In this document: piece after piece, positions 32,246 to 42,713 of the stretch
How positions within the stretch are numbered: the stretch's first letter is position 1
Layout: every line of letters begins with the position of its first letter
NCBI GenBank assembly: GCA_963840855.1
Contig: CAWJBB010000062.1
Span: forward strand, 97,261-161,260
Source of the DNA: an uncultured delta proteobacterium
Lineage (GTDB): Bacteria; Desulfobacterota; Binatia; UBA9968
Length of the DNA: 64,000 nt
Direction: 5' to 3'
The notes under the pieces: model-generated
What the model was told of the DNA's origin: nothing
Database searches by the model: none
The model's input: only the letters and a program-made list of their open reading frames with translations
Position numbers and translations under genes: made by a program

Positions 32246-32342
32246 GGATGTGAGCAATCAGCGGTAAGCTCTCTCATTTTGGATTTTAGATTTCCGATTT
32301 TCGATTCCAATCCAAAATCCAAAACCCAAAATCGAAAATAGA

Positions 32343-32525
32343 TCAGGCGTAGACATGCTGATCCACTTCACTCGGCTCGGGATAAGGCGCATTGAGCGCG
32401 AAGTTCACGGCGTCTTTGATTTCCGTGGCGACTTCGTTTTCGATTCGCTGCAATAACTTGCCATCGGCCAATTTATTCTTCTCAAGCCAATCGGCGAACA
32501 GCTTCACCGGATCGCGCTGCTCCCA
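32343..32525 (-). pseudogene. Second, diverged copy of the E1-alpha 3' end (about 60 codons, no start)
   Basis: WEQRDPVKLFADWLEKNKLADGKLLQRIENEVATEIKDAVNFALNAPYPEPSEVDQHVYA*, paralogous to 32554..32740. Confidence 0.85.
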
Positions 32526-32553
32526 GCCTGCGAGGGAATGACACTGAGGGCTC

Positions 32554-33566
32554 TTAGGCGTACACATGCTGATCCACTTCGCCCGGGACCGGATACGGTG
32601 CATTCGAGTGCGAATGTTACTGCTGCTTTAATTTCCGCCGAGACTTCGTTTTCAATTTTATCAAGAGATGAGTCGGCGTCAACCAGTTTGTTTTTTTTCA
32701 ATCCATTCCGCGAGCAGCTTCACCGGATCGCGCTGAGTCTTCCACTCTTCTTCTTCCTTTTTTGATCGGTAGTAAGCGCGGTCGATGTCGCCGACATGAT
32801 GGCCGTGAAAGCGATAGGTGTTGCATTGGAGAAACGCGGGGCCGGCACCGCTGCGGGCGCTATTTACTAATTTTAGCGCTGTGGCATGCACGGCCCTTAC
32901 ATCCTGGCCATCGACCGATGCCGTGTGAATTCCGAAGGCGGCGGCCCGCGCGGTCACCTTACCCGCGGTGGTCTCACTGTAGTGCGTGTACTCGTTGTAC
33001 TGGTTGTTCTCGCAGACGTAGATGACCGGCAGCTTCCAGAGCGAAGCCATGTTCATGGTTTCGTAAAGCAGTCCTTGTCCCAACGCGCCGTCGCCGAAAA
33101 AACAGACCGCAACTTGATGGCTGCCGCGCATTTTTGCCGACATCGCCGCGCCGGTGGCGATGCCGGCGCTGCCGCCGACGATGGCGTTGGCGCCGAGGTT
33201 GCCGGTGTCTTGATCGGCGATATGCATCGAGCCGCCTTTGCCGCGGCAGTAGCCGGCTTCTTTGCCGAGCAATTCAGCGAACATTTTGTCGACCGACGCG
33301 CCTTTCGCGAGACAATGGCCGTGGCCCCGGTGTGTGCTCGTGATGTAATCGTCTTGCCTCAATGCTTCACACACGCCGACGGCAACCGCTTCTTCGCCGA
33401 TGTAGAGGTGGGCGAGTCCGGGCATCTTGGCGCCGAGGTAGAGTTGATTGACCTCTTCTTCGAACAAGCGGATCTTGAGCATCTGGCGGTAGAAGTGAAG
33501 CCAGCGCTCGTCGCGGATAAGAGCAGCCTTCGGTGTTTTTGGTTTGCTCTGTTTGGATCGAGCCAT
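32554..33566 (-). CDS. 2-oxoacid/acetoin dehydrogenase E1 alpha subunit, frameshifts near the 3' end (~32695 and ~32605)
   Basis: HLYIGEEA, THRGHGH, GKGGSMH, FFGDGA..NN ThDP motif, YRFHGH, ends EVDQHVYA*. Confidence 0.93.
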
Positions 33567-33603
33567 GGTCAAAGATCGCTTCGCCCAAAGATTGGTCGGA
33601 GTC

Positions 33604-33634
33604 CTGGATTCCTTCCCGCCTGCGCGGGAATGAC
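33604..33634. repeat. GTCATTCCCGCG-type palindromic repeat (partial)
   Basis: ctggattccttcccgcctgcgcgggaatgac; relatives at ~32525, 34678 and 52917. Confidence 0.75.
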
Positions 33635-33707
33635 GACAGACGACCACCCGCCCTTTAGTCGATTCTTTGATACAGATAATGCAGCATCCCGTCGCTCCAA
33701 TGCTCCA

Positions 33708-34601
33708 TTACTTCAACACTCCAGTCGTTACGCCCGCCAGCTTGGCGAGAACCTCGAATAAAACCGCAAAGTCCTGCTTTTCCAAACCCATCCCGCGGGC
33801 GGCAGTGAGCATTTGATTGGCGATCGCCGTGGTTGGCAGCGGCACATCGAGTTGGAGGCCCATTTCTAAAGCTAGCAGCAGGTCTTTCTGCATCATATTG
33901 ACATCGAACCAGGCTTCGTCCGGCATGTTCAAAACGAACGGCCCCCGGTACTTGACCATGGGCGAGGCCATGACGCTGTTGAGCAGAACTTCGACGGCGG
34001 TTTCGCGCGCGATGCCGCTCTTTTCAGCGAGCAAAACGCCTTCGCTAAATGCGAGCATCTGCACGGCCAGGCTCAAATTCGTTGCGACCTTCATCGAAAC
34101 AGCGAGCCCGTTGGCGCCGACGTACGTCGCCTTCGGCCCGATGGCTTGGAGAATCGGCAGTACTTTCTCAAAGGTATCCCGCTTACCGCCGACCATGAAT
34201 GAGAGCTTGCCTTCTTCGAGGGTACTGACGCTGCCTGACACTGGGGAGTCGAGCATCTGGGCGCCCTTGGCTTCGACCTGTTTGGCCAAATCGCGAACTG
34301 CCGCGGGACTTACCGTGCTCATGTCGACGTAAATTTTTCCCGCGCTTAACCCGGCCAAAATTCCATCCGCCCCGCCGGTGACCGCCTCCAGTGCCTGCGT
34401 GTTGGCGATCATGGAGAAGGTGATCTCAGTTGCCGCTGCGACGGCACGCGGGCTGTCGGCCCATTTCATGCCGGAGTCCAAGAGCCACTGCGCCTTGGAG
34501 CGAGTGCGATTGTATCCCGTTACGCTATGTCCGGCGTCGAGCAGTCGTTTCGCCATGCGGCTGCCCATGACGCCGAGACCGACAAAACCGAGATTGATCA
34601 T
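33708..34601 (-). CDS. NAD(P)-dependent beta-hydroxyacid dehydrogenase (3-hydroxyisobutyrate dehydrogenase/tartronate semialdehyde reductase family)
   Basis: GFVGLGVMG, DMSTVSP, DSPVSG, MKVATN, KDL. Confidence 0.92.
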   Translation of the reverse strand: MINLGFVGLGVMGSRMAKRLLDAGHSVTGYNRTRSKAQWLLDSGMKWADSPRAVAAATEITFSMIANTQALEAVTGGADGILAGLSAGKIYVDMSTVSPAAVRDLAKQVEAKGAQMLDSPVSGSVSTLEEGKLSFMVGGKRDTFEKVLPILQAIGPKATYVGANGLAVSMKVATNLSLAVQMLAFSEGVLLAEKSGIARETAVEVLLNSVMASPMVKYRGPFVLNMPDEAWFDVNMMQKDLLLALEMGLQLDVPLPTTAIANQMLTAARGMGLEKQDFAVLFEVLAKLAGVTTGVLK

Positions 34602-34677
34602 TGGTGTATCCTGAAAATAACCCTCAGGCGCGAACCGGAGAGTTCTCGCAATGCAGGCTGGAATCCGACTTTATCCC

Positions 34678-34765
34678 GTCATTCCCGCGCAGGCGGAATC
34701 CAGTGTTTCATTTTAGTGGCCCTCTCGCCGCCAGTACCCTGGATGCCCGCGTTCGCGGGCATGAC
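34678..34765. repeat. GTCATTCCCGCG-type REP doublet
   Basis: gtcattcccgcgcaggcggaatccag ... ctggatgcccgcgttcgcgggcatgac. Confidence 0.85.
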
Positions 34766-34865
34766 GAATTTTCTTTCACCTAGCAACAGCGAACTTCAAC
34801 CAGACCGCAGTGCGGCGGTAAAGACAGTTAACCCTACACGAGATTAGCTGGTAGCATGCCCTTCC

Positions 34866-35879
34866 TTAGCTCTCCGCTTTTATGTATTTGCCCATCTCCT
34901 TCAAGGTTTCGGGCGTCTGATTGAGGAGCGCGTCGAAGGCTTTCTGCACTTGCTCGTAACCGATGTACTGAAGGTCAATCTTAGCTTTTTTCGCCTCCGC
35001 TAAGAGCTCCGGATCCTTGATCGCCTTGGCCAAAGCTTCGCGCAACATCGCTACGCGATCCGCCGGCGTGCCCGGCGCGGCCGCGAACGCCCGGCCGATG
35101 GACAGCGGAATAGACTTGATCGCCATAAGCGACTTGCCGAGCGCGCTGGTGGCGAGATCTTCGTCCACCGGCAGATTCTCAAAGCCCGGCACCGCCACCC
35201 GGCCGCGAACCAGCGGGCGCACCGCGCCGCGGTCGGCGGCAAGCTTGATCGTCGTCGCCAGCGCGGACCAGGTGTCGACTTCCTTGCGCTCGATGGCCAA
35301 TAGCACATCGCTGTTTGCCGGATAGCCGGAGACGAGCTTTAACTTCAGCCCGGCGAACTCCTTGAGCAGAAGGGGAAAGTCGTGGGCGTTGGAGCCAGGG
35401 CCGGTGGTGCCGGCGACCAGCTCGCGGTCGGCTTTTTTTAGCTCGTCGAATGACTTGTACGGCAGGTCCGGCCGAATCGAAAACATAACACCATCGGCGC
35501 CGGAAGAACCGAGCCACTGAAACTTGCGCACATCGAAGCGCACCTGCTCAACCTTTGAAAGTTGGGCAATGGCAACGTTGGGGTTGGCGGCGAGGATCGT
35601 CAAACCGTCAGGCTTGGCTAAATTGAATACGTTATTGGTCGCTAGCAGGTGGGCCGCGCCGGGCATGTGCTGGACTATCACCGCGGGTTTGCCGGGAAGA
35701 TATTTGCCCAGGTGATGAGCGACGATCTGAGCGGCGATCTCCAGACTACCAGACTTCGCCCCAATGAGAATGGAGACGGTTTTTCCTTCGTAATAATTTG
35801 CTTGCCCCCAGACCGGCCCAACCGTGAACACCAGCCAAGTCAAACATAAAAAAACTTTCAGCGTCCGCAAATGGTTCAT
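34866..35879 (-). CDS. tctC: TctC/Bug-like substrate-binding protein
   Basis: Signal peptide, YYEGKTV, HMPGA, KPDGLTI, VSGYP, APGTPADRV; downstream of tctAB. Confidence 0.8.
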   Translation of the reverse strand: MNHLRTLKVFLCLTWLVFTVGPVWGQANYYEGKTVSILIGAKSGSLEIAAQIVAHHLGKYLPGKPAVIVQHMPGAAHLLATNNVFNLAKPDGLTILAANPNVAIAQLSKVEQVRFDVRKFQWLGSSGADGVMFSIRPDLPYKSFDELKKADRELVAGTTGPGSNAHDFPLLLKEFAGLKLKLVSGYPANSDVLLAIERKEVDTWSALATTIKLAADRGAVRPLVRGRVAVPGFENLPVDEDLATSALGKSLMAIKSIPLSIGRAFAAAPGTPADRVAMLREALAKAIKDPELLAEAKKAKIDLQYIGYEQVQKAFDALLNQTPETLKEMGKYIKAES

Positions 35880-35974
35880 AAATATCTCCTTAATAGTAAT
35901 CATCCTCAGATCAACGATTTCGGCACGGCGACCCAAGGTTATTTGATTAGAGTGACGCGAGTCAAGCACATTGA

Positions 35975-36454
35975 TTACAGGCCGAGCCAAGTTTGAATGA
36001 CTCCGGTCTCGAATTGTAACCGCACCAAGCGTTGGAAAAGCGCATAGAAACCGCCCCATGATACTATAGTAAGCGTCAGGGAGCGCGGCCAGCTTACTTG
36101 ACTCTGAAGTTTTAAATAAAAAAAGAGAAACAGCGGAACGGTAAGCGGGAAGCCTAAAAGATAGACGGACAAAATGAAAGCGACGATCCAGGAAAAGATG
36201 GCGATGGCGCGCCGGCGCGCGACTTCAGGAGATACTTCGTCGGCAAATTCCGCTTCGACCGCGGGACCGCCGGCTTTCTCAGGCGCGCCGAAGAGTTCCA
36301 AGAACAGATGGATTAGCGCGAGAATGATGAGAGGTATGGCGATGGCAAGGGGGAAAAATCCTGTCTTGAACGACCATTGCGATGCGGAATAAATCGCATA
36401 GCCGGCTACGGCGATGAGAAAGACACTAACATAAATATGTCCCTTTTTTTTCAT
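35975..36454 (-). CDS. tctB: Tripartite tricarboxylate transporter small subunit
   Basis: Four hydrophobic segments; ATG overlaps the tctA stop (TGATG). Confidence 0.8.
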   Translation of the reverse strand: MKKKGHIYVSVFLIAVAGYAIYSASQWSFKTGFFPLAIAIPLIILALIHLFLELFGAPEKAGGPAVEAEFADEVSPEVARRRAIAIFSWIVAFILSVYLLGFPLTVPLFLFFYLKLQSQVSWPRSLTLTIVSWGGFYALFQRLVRLQFETGVIQTWLGL

Positions 36455-37959
36455 CAATCGCTGCCGCCGGCCCACGCCGGTTTTTCCCGCACAAACGGAT
36501 AGCCGACGACAACGACCAACAGAACAATCAGTAGCATCACGATCGGATGGGTCAACCAGGCGAAACCATAGCGCGACACCGAAATGAAAAGATAGGTTTC
36601 CACCAGCTTGCCGAGAACGAAGCCCAAGACCAGCGGCGGCCGCGGCCAACCCCATAACACCATGAAATAGCCGAGTACGCCGAAGCCAAAGGTGACGATC
36701 AGATCGGCAAGCTGGCCGTTGGCGGTGTAACTACCGACGAATACCAGCAATAGAACAAACGGAATGATCAGACCGCCTCGGATGTGGGTCACTTTCGCCA
36801 GTTGATTGAGGACGGCGAGCGATAAGACAACGGTAATGATATTGGCGATGACCAAAGTCCAGACCATAGAGTAGGTGACGGCGAGATGTTTGCTGAGCAT
36901 ATCGGGGCCGGGCATAAGGCCCATGATCATGAAAGCGCCGAGGAGAATCGCCATCGCGCCACTTCCCGGCACGCCGAACGCGATCGTTGGAATGAGATCG
37001 CCGCCTTCTTTTGAATTATTCGCCGCGCCCGGACCGAGGACGCCGCGCACATCTCCTTTGCCGAAGCCTTCCCGGTCCTTGGTATCCTTGGCGCTCTGCA
37101 CCGCGTGCGCGTAGGCCATCCATTGAGCGACGCCGCCGCCTGCGCCCGGCATGATGCCGATAAAAACTCCGACCATCGAACAACGGACGACCAGCCAAAA
37201 ATGGCGAAAGGTGTCTTTGATGCCTTCAATGACCCCGCTGCGGAGATTTTCCGCAGCGCGGTCGCCCGCAATCGAAGTCCCGCGCACGGCCAGGTCAACC
37301 AGTTCAGGGATCGCAAAAATTCCCACCAAGACGGGAACCAGATCAAGACCTTCCCAGAGATACATCAGTCCCATGTCAAACCGCAGCGATCCCGACTGTC
37401 GTTCTTGTCCGATCGTTGACAGTAATAGACCTAACAAGCCCATCGCAAAGCCGCGAATCTGGCCTCTGAGGCTTAATCCACTGAGGGACGTGATGCAGGC
37501 AATGCCGATCATGGATAACAAGAAGAGCTCGGGCGAGCCGAAAGTGAGAACCAAGGGACGGACGATGGGAATTGCCAGCGCCAGCGTCGCGGCGCCGATC
37601 AGCGCCCCGATCAGCGAGCTCATCAACGCGGCACCGAGCGCGCGCCCTGCTTCGCCCCGTTTCGCCATGGGATAACCGTCCACGACGGTGGCGGCGGAGA
37701 GTCCTTCGCCCGGAACGCCGAAAAGTATCGAGGTTATATCGCCGGTGGTCGCGGCTACGGAATGCATGCCGAGCAAGAACGCAAATGCTTCGACCGGGCT
37801 CATCTTAAAGACAAACGGGATCATCAAAGCCAACGTCGCTGCACCGCCGATGCCGGGAAGCAAGCCAACGCAAAACCCGAGGCTCATGCCGACGAGCATC
37901 AGACTAAAGGCTTTCCATTGGAGAACTAGAAAGAGACCGTCGATAAAAGTGTCGAACAT
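36454..37959 (-). CDS. tctA: Tripartite tricarboxylate transporter large subunit
   Basis: GLLPGIGG, SILFGVPG, DGYPMA, ANNSKEGG, PTIAFGVPG. Confidence 0.92.
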   Translation of the reverse strand: MFDTFIDGLFLVLQWKAFSLMLVGMSLGFCVGLLPGIGGAATLALMIPFVFKMSPVEAFAFLLGMHSVAATTGDITSILFGVPGEGLSAATVVDGYPMAKRGEAGRALGAALMSSLIGALIGAATLALAIPIVRPLVLTFGSPELFLLSMIGIACITSLSGLSLRGQIRGFAMGLLGLLLSTIGQERQSGSLRFDMGLMYLWEGLDLVPVLVGIFAIPELVDLAVRGTSIAGDRAAENLRSGVIEGIKDTFRHFWLVVRCSMVGVFIGIMPGAGGGVAQWMAYAHAVQSAKDTKDREGFGKGDVRGVLGPGAANNSKEGGDLIPTIAFGVPGSGAMAILLGAFMIMGLMPGPDMLSKHLAVTYSMVWTLVIANIITVVLSLAVLNQLAKVTHIRGGLIIPFVLLLVFVGSYTANGQLADLIVTFGFGVLGYFMVLWGWPRPPLVLGFVLGKLVETYLFISVSRYGFAWLTHPIVMLLIVLLVVVVGYPFVREKPAWAGGSD

Positions 37960-38001
37960 AGGGCGTTGCTATTTCGTATTGCCGCCCCTGATTCATCGAT
38001 G

Positions 38002-38092
38002 AGGGGGGCTTGCTGTCACTTTGGGCTCGCATCCTACGCGTACCGCCGATGTACGCTCCGGTGCGAGCCCTCGCTCCGCCTCGCACCCCCGC
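38002..38092. repeat. Long imperfect hairpin (MITE/REP-like element)
   Basis: gggctcgcatc..gcgtac-N7-gtacgc..ggtgcgagccc nested inverted repeats. Confidence 0.55.
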
Positions 38093-38134
38093 CTTCTCGA
38101 CGGCCAGGTTAGTCAAATTCGGCGGATGTTGAGT

Positions 38135-40651
38135 CTAGAGAACTTCCGCGGCGGGGCGATTCCCTGTGCGCGCGTCGCCGGATAAATCATTAAGCAGCTT
38201 GGCAATGGCCTGATAATTGACCGGCTTGGTCAAATGTACGTCGAAGCCCGCTTCTTTGGTACGGCGACGGTCTTGTTGTTGACCCCAGCCCGTCAAAGCG
38301 ATCAAAATCACATTCTTGCCCCAGGGCTGTTGGCGGATCTTGCTCGCCGCTTCGTAGCCATTTAATTTCGGCATTGCAATATCGAGAAGCACAATATCAG
38401 GGTGAAATTGCGCCGCGGTATCGACGGCTTCAAGACCATCTAGGGCGACCCGCACATCGTTGCCGTCCTGTCGCAGCAGGCGGGCGAGCAGCTGCGCCGA
38501 TTCTGGAAAGTCATCGGCGACCAATACCCGGCGCTGTCCCGTGGCCTGCGGCTTGGCGCTGTAGATTCGTTCGACATCAGGGGACGCCGGCGACGGCCTG
38601 CCGATCACCGGAAGTCGCACAATAAACTCGCTGCCTTGGTTAAGCCCAGCGCTTTCCACTGCAACGGAGCCGCCGTGTATCGCCACCAATCGGTTTACCA
38701 GCGTAAGCCCCAGCCCGAGCCCTCCCTCAGACCGGGCGAAAGATCGATCCGCCTGAAAAAACAGGTCAAAAACCCGGTTCAAATCTTCCGCGGCGATGCC
38801 AATGCCGGTGTCTGTGACCCTTATACAAATCTCATCGCCGTCACACTCGACTGAGAGACCGATGCGGCCTGACCTCGGGGTGTACTTGGCGGCATTGTTG
38901 AGCAGGTTCATGATCGCTTGGGTCAGCCGGATTTTATCACCGGACAGATACACCGGCTCCGTCGGCATGTTAAGCGTAAATATATGCCCGCGCTCGTTCA
39001 TCAGAGGTCGGCACGATTCCACGGCCCCATTAATGATCTCGGAGAGGTGCAGGTCTTCCTTGCGCAGCTCGAGTTTATCACGGGTAATCCGGCTTACGTC
39101 GAAAAGATCATCCGTCAAGCGGGTCAGATAATTTACCTGCCTATCGATGATGTCCCGGCCCCACCCGATCTCGGCATCCGTCGCCGCCGGCGACTGTAGC
39201 AGACTCACAACGTTGCGGATCAGGCCCAAAGGATTTCTCAGTTCGTGGGCCAAAGTGGCCAGGAATTCGTCTTTGCGGCGGTCGGCTTCACGCAATGCCA
39301 TCCCGCTCTGCCGCAGAGCATGATCGAGACGAAGCCGTTCCGCGGCCAGCCAGGTGCGTTCGGCCACGGCGCCGACCAATGCTACCTGCCGTTCGCTCCA
39401 CTGGCGCGGTTCTGGCGCCGCGAGAAACAGACAGGACGCCAATCGTCCATCTCGGAGCAGCGGAGCGACGATTAAAGCCCGGATGCCCGCCTGGTCGAAG
39501 CCATTGCCGTCGAGCGCGGCGCGTTCATCGCCCGTGGCATCATTGACAACAATCGTTCTTCCCGCCTTTCCGTCGTCAACAATGGCCGCGCCAAATTGTT
39601 TGAGAGGGTAGGTGCCTGCCAGCGACCGCGCGTGGCGGCGGTAGTCGCGTTGTACCACGAGCCGGTCGTGTTCAATATCGATTTCCGCGAAGCCGCAGCG
39701 GCCCGCGCGGAGGTGCTCCCCAAGAGCTACGGCAATGGCCCACATCATCTCATCTGGATCGGTGGCGACCCTAATGCACTCGCCGACATCAAGCAAAAAC
39801 ATAGTATCGGCTTCGGCTTGTTTGCGGTCGGTGATATCCCGGACCGCGACATTGACGCCCATCACCGCGCCGTTTTCATCTCTGACCGGGTGATAGCTGG
39901 CCAACCAGTGGCGCTTTTCATTGGGGCGGGCAACCGTGGCGCCCTCAACTTCCACGTCAAGTACCGGCCTCCCTGTATTGATGACGCGCCGGTAATGTTC
40001 CTCACCCGCGTCGGCCATGTCCGGCGTGGCTTCACGCACCGTCTTGCCGAGATAAAAATCCGGCGGATGGCCGTGCATTTCCGCGAGGGTATTGTTCATT
40101 GCCAAATAACGGAGATCGCGATCGACAAAACAGAGACCCACAGGGGCCGACGCGTAAGTGGTTCTCAGCTGCGCCAGGCGCCCGTAAGCGACACGCTCGC
40201 TCGATCGCAACGCTTCCACGTCGCGCGTGTGGCGCAGTGCCACAACGGCAACCGTCCAAATCACGATCACGGACAAGCTGTGATTAAGGACGCGCAACCA
40301 TTCGGGCGCTCCGGCAACCGCCGGCGCAAGAACGTAATCAGGAATCGCCAATAATGTGCAGGTTACCGCGACCAGGAATTTATCGCGGCGCCGGGGTAGA
40401 GCGACCACGAACAATAAGGCCGCGACATAGTACATCGGTATCGCCAGGTCGATTGGGACCCAGACATCGGCCAGGAAAAGCGCGACCACAAGCAGGGCTG
40501 GCAAGAAGCGAAAGGACGACGCAGCAAATCGAGACATTGCTTTCAGTGAGGGCATGCTCATTCGATTCGTTGTCGGCATGAAATTCATCAACACGTCCGC
40601 TATTTTGTAAGGTAACCGGGGCAGTTTCTTTGAGAGTGCACACTGTACCAA
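38135..40651 (-). CDS. Membrane-bound hybrid histidine kinase (TM-PAS-GAF-HisKA-HATPase-REC); true start probably downstream of 40651
   Basis: FLATLAHELRNPL, NLLNNAAKYT, DTGIG, GLGLGL, receiver LLDIAMP and HLTKP. Confidence 0.92.
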   Translation of the reverse strand: MVQCALSKKLPRLPYKIADVLMNFMPTTNRMSMPSLKAMSRFAASSFRFLPALLVVALFLADVWVPIDLAIPMYYVAALLFVVALPRRRDKFLVAVTCTLLAIPDYVLAPAVAGAPEWLRVLNHSLSVIVIWTVAVVALRHTRDVEALRSSERVAYGRLAQLRTTYASAPVGLCFVDRDLRYLAMNNTLAEMHGHPPDFYLGKTVREATPDMADAGEEHYRRVINTGRPVLDVEVEGATVARPNEKRHWLASYHPVRDENGAVMGVNVAVRDITDRKQAEADTMFLLDVGECIRVATDPDEMMWAIAVALGEHLRAGRCGFAEIDIEHDRLVVQRDYRRHARSLAGTYPLKQFGAAIVDDGKAGRTIVVNDATGDERAALDGNGFDQAGIRALIVAPLLRDGRLASCLFLAAPEPRQWSERQVALVGAVAERTWLAAERLRLDHALRQSGMALREADRRKDEFLATLAHELRNPLGLIRNVVSLLQSPAATDAEIGWGRDIIDRQVNYLTRLTDDLFDVSRITRDKLELRKEDLHLSEIINGAVESCRPLMNERGHIFTLNMPTEPVYLSGDKIRLTQAIMNLLNNAAKYTPRSGRIGLSVECDGDEICIRVTDTGIGIAAEDLNRVFDLFFQADRSFARSEGGLGLGLTLVNRLVAIHGGSVAVESAGLNQGSEFIVRLPVIGRPSPASPDVERIYSAKPQATGQRRVLVADDFPESAQLLARLLRQDGNDVRVALDGLEAVDTAAQFHPDIVLLDIAMPKLNGYEAASKIRQQPWGKNVILIALTGWGQQQDRRRTKEAGFDVHLTKPVNYQAIAKLLNDLSGDARTGNRPAAEVL

Positions 40652-40813
40652 GCTTGTCCATGGCGCACAAGCAAAATTCGTCCGAGCGCGAACCTAAAAT
40701 CAGAAAAAAATCGCGACTATTGCGGTATCAACTCCGGGATTTGACCCGAGTGGTCGCGCCGTGACAGGTCTTCACGAAGGCCCTGGTTCCGTCAAAGTCG
40801 TGTTGAGGAAATT

Positions 40814-40891
40814 AAAAATCCCTCTAAATCTCGCTTTACAAAGGGCGACTTTGTATACCTCCGTTTTGAAAAAGGGGGAAGGGGGGATTTC
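40814..40891. repeat. TCCCCCTTT/AAAGGGGG-type palindromic repeat doublet
   Basis: aaatccctctaaatctcgctttacaaagggcga ... cctccgttttgaaaaagggggaaggggggattt. Confidence 0.7.
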
Positions 40892-41027
40892 TGGAAAAAC
40901 GCGAGTTGGATTTCAAGTAAGGTGCAATTGACTTTGACGTTGCCTTGTCACGGAGGTATCGCAGCTTGACAAGGCGGCAGGCGCGGATGATAGATGGCAA
41001 GATAATAATTGAAACGGAGAAAATTGG

Positions 41028-42623
41028 ATGGCGAGCAACAAGTACTATCGCGATTTTCGCGAACATCTTAAGGCCGTCGAAGAGCGCGGTAAGTTAATCC
41101 GCATCCAGCGTGAGATTAATAAAGACACCGAGCTCATGCCATTGGTACGCTGGCAGTTTCGCGGCCTCGACGAGACTCAGCGCAAGGCGTTTATGTTTGA
41201 AAACGTCGTGGACGGCAAGGGCAAACGCTACGATATGCCGGTAACGGTCGGGACTTTGGCTGCGACCACGGAGATTTATGCCATCGGGATGATGTGCAAT
41301 CCAGACGAGATCCACGAGCGCTGGACCCAGGCGCAGATGAATCCGGTGAATCCTGTCAAAGTAAGCGCCGGACCGGCACAGGAATTCGTGCGACAGGGTC
41401 GAGACTTATTGAGCGGTCATGGTCTCGACATGATCCCCGTGCCAATTTCCACGCCAGGGTTCGACAACGCGCCCTATTTGACATCGGCCAATTGGATTAC
41501 CAAAGACCCGGAAACCGGCATCTACAATATTGGCAACTATCGCAGCCAGATAAAAGCGCCGGACCGCGCCGGCGGTTTCTTTATGGCACAACATATGGGG
41601 CTGCATTGGCGCAAGTGCAAGGCGATGGGGAAGCCGCTGGAAGCCGTTATCGCCATCGGGGTGAGTCCGAATATCGCCTACGCGGCGACGGCAAAGATTC
41701 CCTTCGATTTCGACGAGTACCGGCTCGCGGGCGGTTTGGCCGGCGCGCCGGTGGAGGTCACGCCAGCCAAGACCGTCGACTTGCTGGTTCCGGCCACGGC
41801 GGAGATCATTATTGAGGGGAGCATCCCAACGGATTCTATCGAACCGGAAGGCCCCTTCGGCGAGTATCCAGGCTACATGGGACACCGCAGCGTTTCACCC
41901 TATTTACAGGTGAGCTGTATCACGCACCGGAACGGCGCGATCTATACCGCGCTCATGAGTCAGTTTCCGCCCAGCGAGTCGAGCAAAATCAAACATACGG
42001 GCACGGAAAAAATCATCTACAAGTTTTTACGCCACGATAGCGGCAACTCGGCGGTCATTGACGTCGCGCTCCATGACGAAGTGAGCGGCAGCGGCCAGAA
42101 CTATTGTGTTATCAAAATGCGCAATGCGACCAAGGCCGACGCCTGGCGAGCATTGAATGCCAGCGCCGGTTTTACTGGAAGCTACGCCAAGATCTGCGTG
42201 GCGGTGGATGAAGATATAGACATTCGCGATCCCGCGATGGTCAACTGGGCGATTTGTTTTAACGTGCGCCCTGACGAAGACGTATCAATTGCCAAAGGAA
42301 AATCGCCAGGTCTAGACCCGTCGTCGCACCCGCCGGGGATGGACAGCCTTCAGGCGCGCATGACGTCGGTCAGCGCGTTATTGATCAATGCCGTCCGCCC
42401 TTGGCCCTATACGCCGGTGTCGTTGCCGCGCAAAGAATTCATGGAGCGGTCCAAGAAGATTTGGGAAGAACTGGAACTGCCGCCGCTCCAGCCGCGCATG
42501 CCCTGGTACGGCTACAGCCTTGGCGCGTGGACAGAAGAAGACGAAGCAGAAGCCAGTCTCGCGGTCAAAAGCGAATATTTCGTAACCGGCAAGAAACAGA
42601 CGGGACAGCGACAGAAGCCCTAA
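41028..42623 (+). CDS. UbiD family (prFMN-dependent) decarboxylase
   Basis: DFREHL, NIGNYR, EGPFGEYPGY, VDEDID. Confidence 0.92.
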   Translation: MASNKYYRDFREHLKAVEERGKLIRIQREINKDTELMPLVRWQFRGLDETQRKAFMFENVVDGKGKRYDMPVTVGTLAATTEIYAIGMMCNPDEIHERWTQAQMNPVNPVKVSAGPAQEFVRQGRDLLSGHGLDMIPVPISTPGFDNAPYLTSANWITKDPETGIYNIGNYRSQIKAPDRAGGFFMAQHMGLHWRKCKAMGKPLEAVIAIGVSPNIAYAATAKIPFDFDEYRLAGGLAGAPVEVTPAKTVDLLVPATAEIIIEGSIPTDSIEPEGPFGEYPGYMGHRSVSPYLQVSCITHRNGAIYTALMSQFPPSESSKIKHTGTEKIIYKFLRHDSGNSAVIDVALHDEVSGSGQNYCVIKMRNATKADAWRALNASAGFTGSYAKICVAVDEDIDIRDPAMVNWAICFNVRPDEDVSIAKGKSPGLDPSSHPPGMDSLQARMTSVSALLINAVRPWPYTPVSLPRKEFMERSKKIWEELELPPLQPRMPWYGYSLGAWTEEDEAEASLAVKSEYFVTGKKQTGQRQKP

Positions 42624-42628
42624 TATAG

Positions 42629-42713
42629 TTCAAGGTTCAATGTTCAAGGTTCAAAGTCAGGGATTGTGCTTATGCGGTTCTTAAATCTCCTCCGAATACC
42701 TTGAACATTGAAC
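42629..42713. repeat. Inverted heptamer arrays (GTTCAAG)n ... (TTGAAC)n
   Basis: gttcaaggttcaatgttcaaggttcaaag ... cttgaacattgaac. Confidence 0.7.
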
